This document shows positions 62,611 through 64,000 of a stretch of 64,000 nucleotides of DNA, in pieces; within the stretch, counting starts at the first letter, position 1, and each line of letters opens with the position of its first letter. This DNA is from an uncultured candidatus Porisulfidus sp. (lineage in GTDB: Bacteria; Pseudomonadota; Gammaproteobacteria; Poriferisulfidales; Oxydemutatoraceae). The stretch spans positions 480,001 through 544,000 of the forward strand of contig OZ244052.1 in the NCBI GenBank assembly GCA_965215125.1, given 5' to 3'. Both the position numbers and the translations under genes were made by a program. Under the pieces are notes generated by a model that saw only the letters and a list, made by a program, of their open reading frames with translations, was not told the origin of the DNA and made no database searches.

Positions 62611-64000
62611 ATGGAACAAGCACTTGATATTGCAAAAAGCGACCTGCTCGCGCCCGCCGAAATAGACGAACATCATTTGCAAAAAGTGCTATCCTCTCTG
62701 ATGGTTCCGGGCGTAGACGATGCCGAACTTTACTTCCAGCACGGTCGCCGAGAAGCATGGTCCTTAGAGGACGGCATTGTCAAAGAAGCGGATTTTAGTC
62801 TGGATAGAGGGGTCGGTGTTCGGGCGGTCAGCGGCGAGAAAACCGGTTTTGCTTATGCCAACGAAATCGTTATGCCGGCATTGACTACGGCAAGCGAAAC
62901 GGTGCGATATATCGCTCGCTCCGGAAACACCCATGCACTTCAGAGTTGGCAAGCCCATAGCATGCAAAGGCTCTATGACTTTGACGACCCGCTGGCGGGC
63001 ATGGCGGCACAAGACAAAACCGATTTGCTCTATGCCGTAGATACACGAGCAAGGCAATCGGATCCTCGCATCAAACAAGTGATGGCATCCTTATTAGCGA
63101 GCTACGATGTGGTTTTAGTCGTCTCTTCCGACGGTACTTTTGCAGCCGACATACGACCTTTGGTGAGGCTCAATGTCGCAGTCGTGGTTGCCGACAAAGA
63201 GAGGAGAGAGTCGGGCTATGCCGGTGCCGGCGGACGTTTTAGCTACCAAGAGTTATTGCAAAAGCATACATCCGAAAGCGTGGTGGACGAAGCGGTCAGG
63301 CTCGCACTACTCAACCTAGAGGCGGTGCCGGCACCGGTCGGCGAGATGGTCGTCGTTTTAGGACCGGGTTGGCCAGGCGTTCTGTTGCACGAAGCCATCG
63401 GGCATGGGCTAGAAGGTGATTTTTGCCGCAAACGCACCTCGGCGTTTTCAGACCGCATCGGCGAGCGCGTCGCAGCTTCGGAAGTGACGGTCGTCGACGA
63501 CGGCACGCTTAACGGGCGACGCGGTTCGCTCAACATAGACGACGAAGGTACTGCCACGCAATGCACCACATTAATAGAAAAAGGCATACTCAAAAATTAT
63601 ATGCAGGATAAAACCAATGCTCGCCTGATGAATGTTCAACCCACCGGCAACGGACGCCGTCAATCGTATGCCCATCTGCCGATGCCGCGTATGACCAATA
63701 CCTATATGCTCAACGGGCAACACAGCCCCGACGAGATCATCCGCTCGGTGGATAAAGGCATCTACGCAGTTAACTTCGGCGGCGGGCAAGTTGATATTAC
63801 CTCCGGCAAATTCGTTTTTTCGGCAAGCGAAGCCTACCGTATAGAAAACGGTTCCGTAGGTGCGCCGGTCAAAGGGGTATCGCTGATAGGACACGGTCCC
63901 GACATCCTCACTAAGGTCTCAATGGTCGGCAACGATATGAAACTGGACAACGGAATCGGTTCTTGCGGCAAGCACGGCCAGCTGGTGCCGGTCGGCGTAG
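62611..64000 (+). CDS. tldD: Metalloprotease TldD (runs off the right window edge)
   Basis: Not in the ORF track. ATG at 62611; manual reading shows GVGVRAVSGEKTGFAY, LGPGWPGVLLHEAIGHGLEGDF, PMPRMTNTY, GSCGK.GQ.VPVG. Confidence 0.93.
   Translation, partial: MEQALDIAKSDLLAPAEIDEHHLQKVLSSLMVPGVDDAELYFQHGRREAWSLEDGIVKEADFSLDRGVGVRAVSGEKTGFAYANEIVMPALTTASETVRYIARSGNTHALQSWQAHSMQRLYDFDDPLAGMAAQDKTDLLYAVDTRARQSDPRIKQVMASLLASYDVVLVVSSDGTFAADIRPLVRLNVAVVVADKERRESGYAGAGGRFSYQELLQKHTSESVVDEAVRLALLNLEAVPAPVGEMVVVLGPGWPGVLLHEAIGHGLEGDFCRKRTSAFSDRIGERVAASEVTVVDDGTLNGRRGSLNIDDEGTATQCTTLIEKGILKNYMQDKTNARLMNVQPTGNGRRQSYAHLPMPRMTNTYMLNGQHSPDEIIRSVDKGIYAVNFGGGQVDITSGKFVFSASEAYRIENGSVGAPVKGVSLIGHGPDILTKVSMVGNDMKLDNGIGSCGKHGQLVPVGV

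Noticed and set aside
62764-63894. Three minus-strand ORFs near the right edge
   Set aside because: Antisense to tldD, which is clearly encoded on the + strand.

Overview
A 64 kb chromosomal window from a Gammaproteobacterium. The compact operons, GLUG-type surface-protein relic and mosaic palindromic repeats suggest a host-associated marine lineage, but that is inference. Most of the window is core machinery: mrdA-rodA-mltB; hisC-tyrA-aroA-cmk-rpsA-ihfB-lapB; tRNA-Tyr/Gly/Thr-tuf-tRNA-Trp-secE-nusG-rplKAJL-rpoBC; mdh; mreBCD; gyrA-serC-pheA; comEA and comEC; kdsD; yrbG; tldD. Two normally contiguous superoperons are split. The accessory part (about 44.9-60 kb) holds two paralogous O-fucosyltransferase-like genes, a porin/FMN-binding/PepSY/P19-like putative iron-uptake cluster, a GT25 glycosyltransferase, and an AAA ATPase preceded by three phased palindromes. 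The best candidate for an undescribed system is 51684-56845: a MotA/TolQ/ExbB-type proton-channel gene, two different partners each with an acidic residue in an ExbD/MotB-like membrane helix, an unannotated 54-aa cationic Gly-repeat peptide, and a membrane-anchored tandem FGE-sulfatase-fold protein coupled to that peptide. Other signals: CsrA-type hairpins in an ABC transporter leader, a probable AUU start for mreC, RpoB D516E, lost ribosomal-protein leaders and a compositionally skewed tuf. All calls come from motif recognition by eye; no database searches were run.
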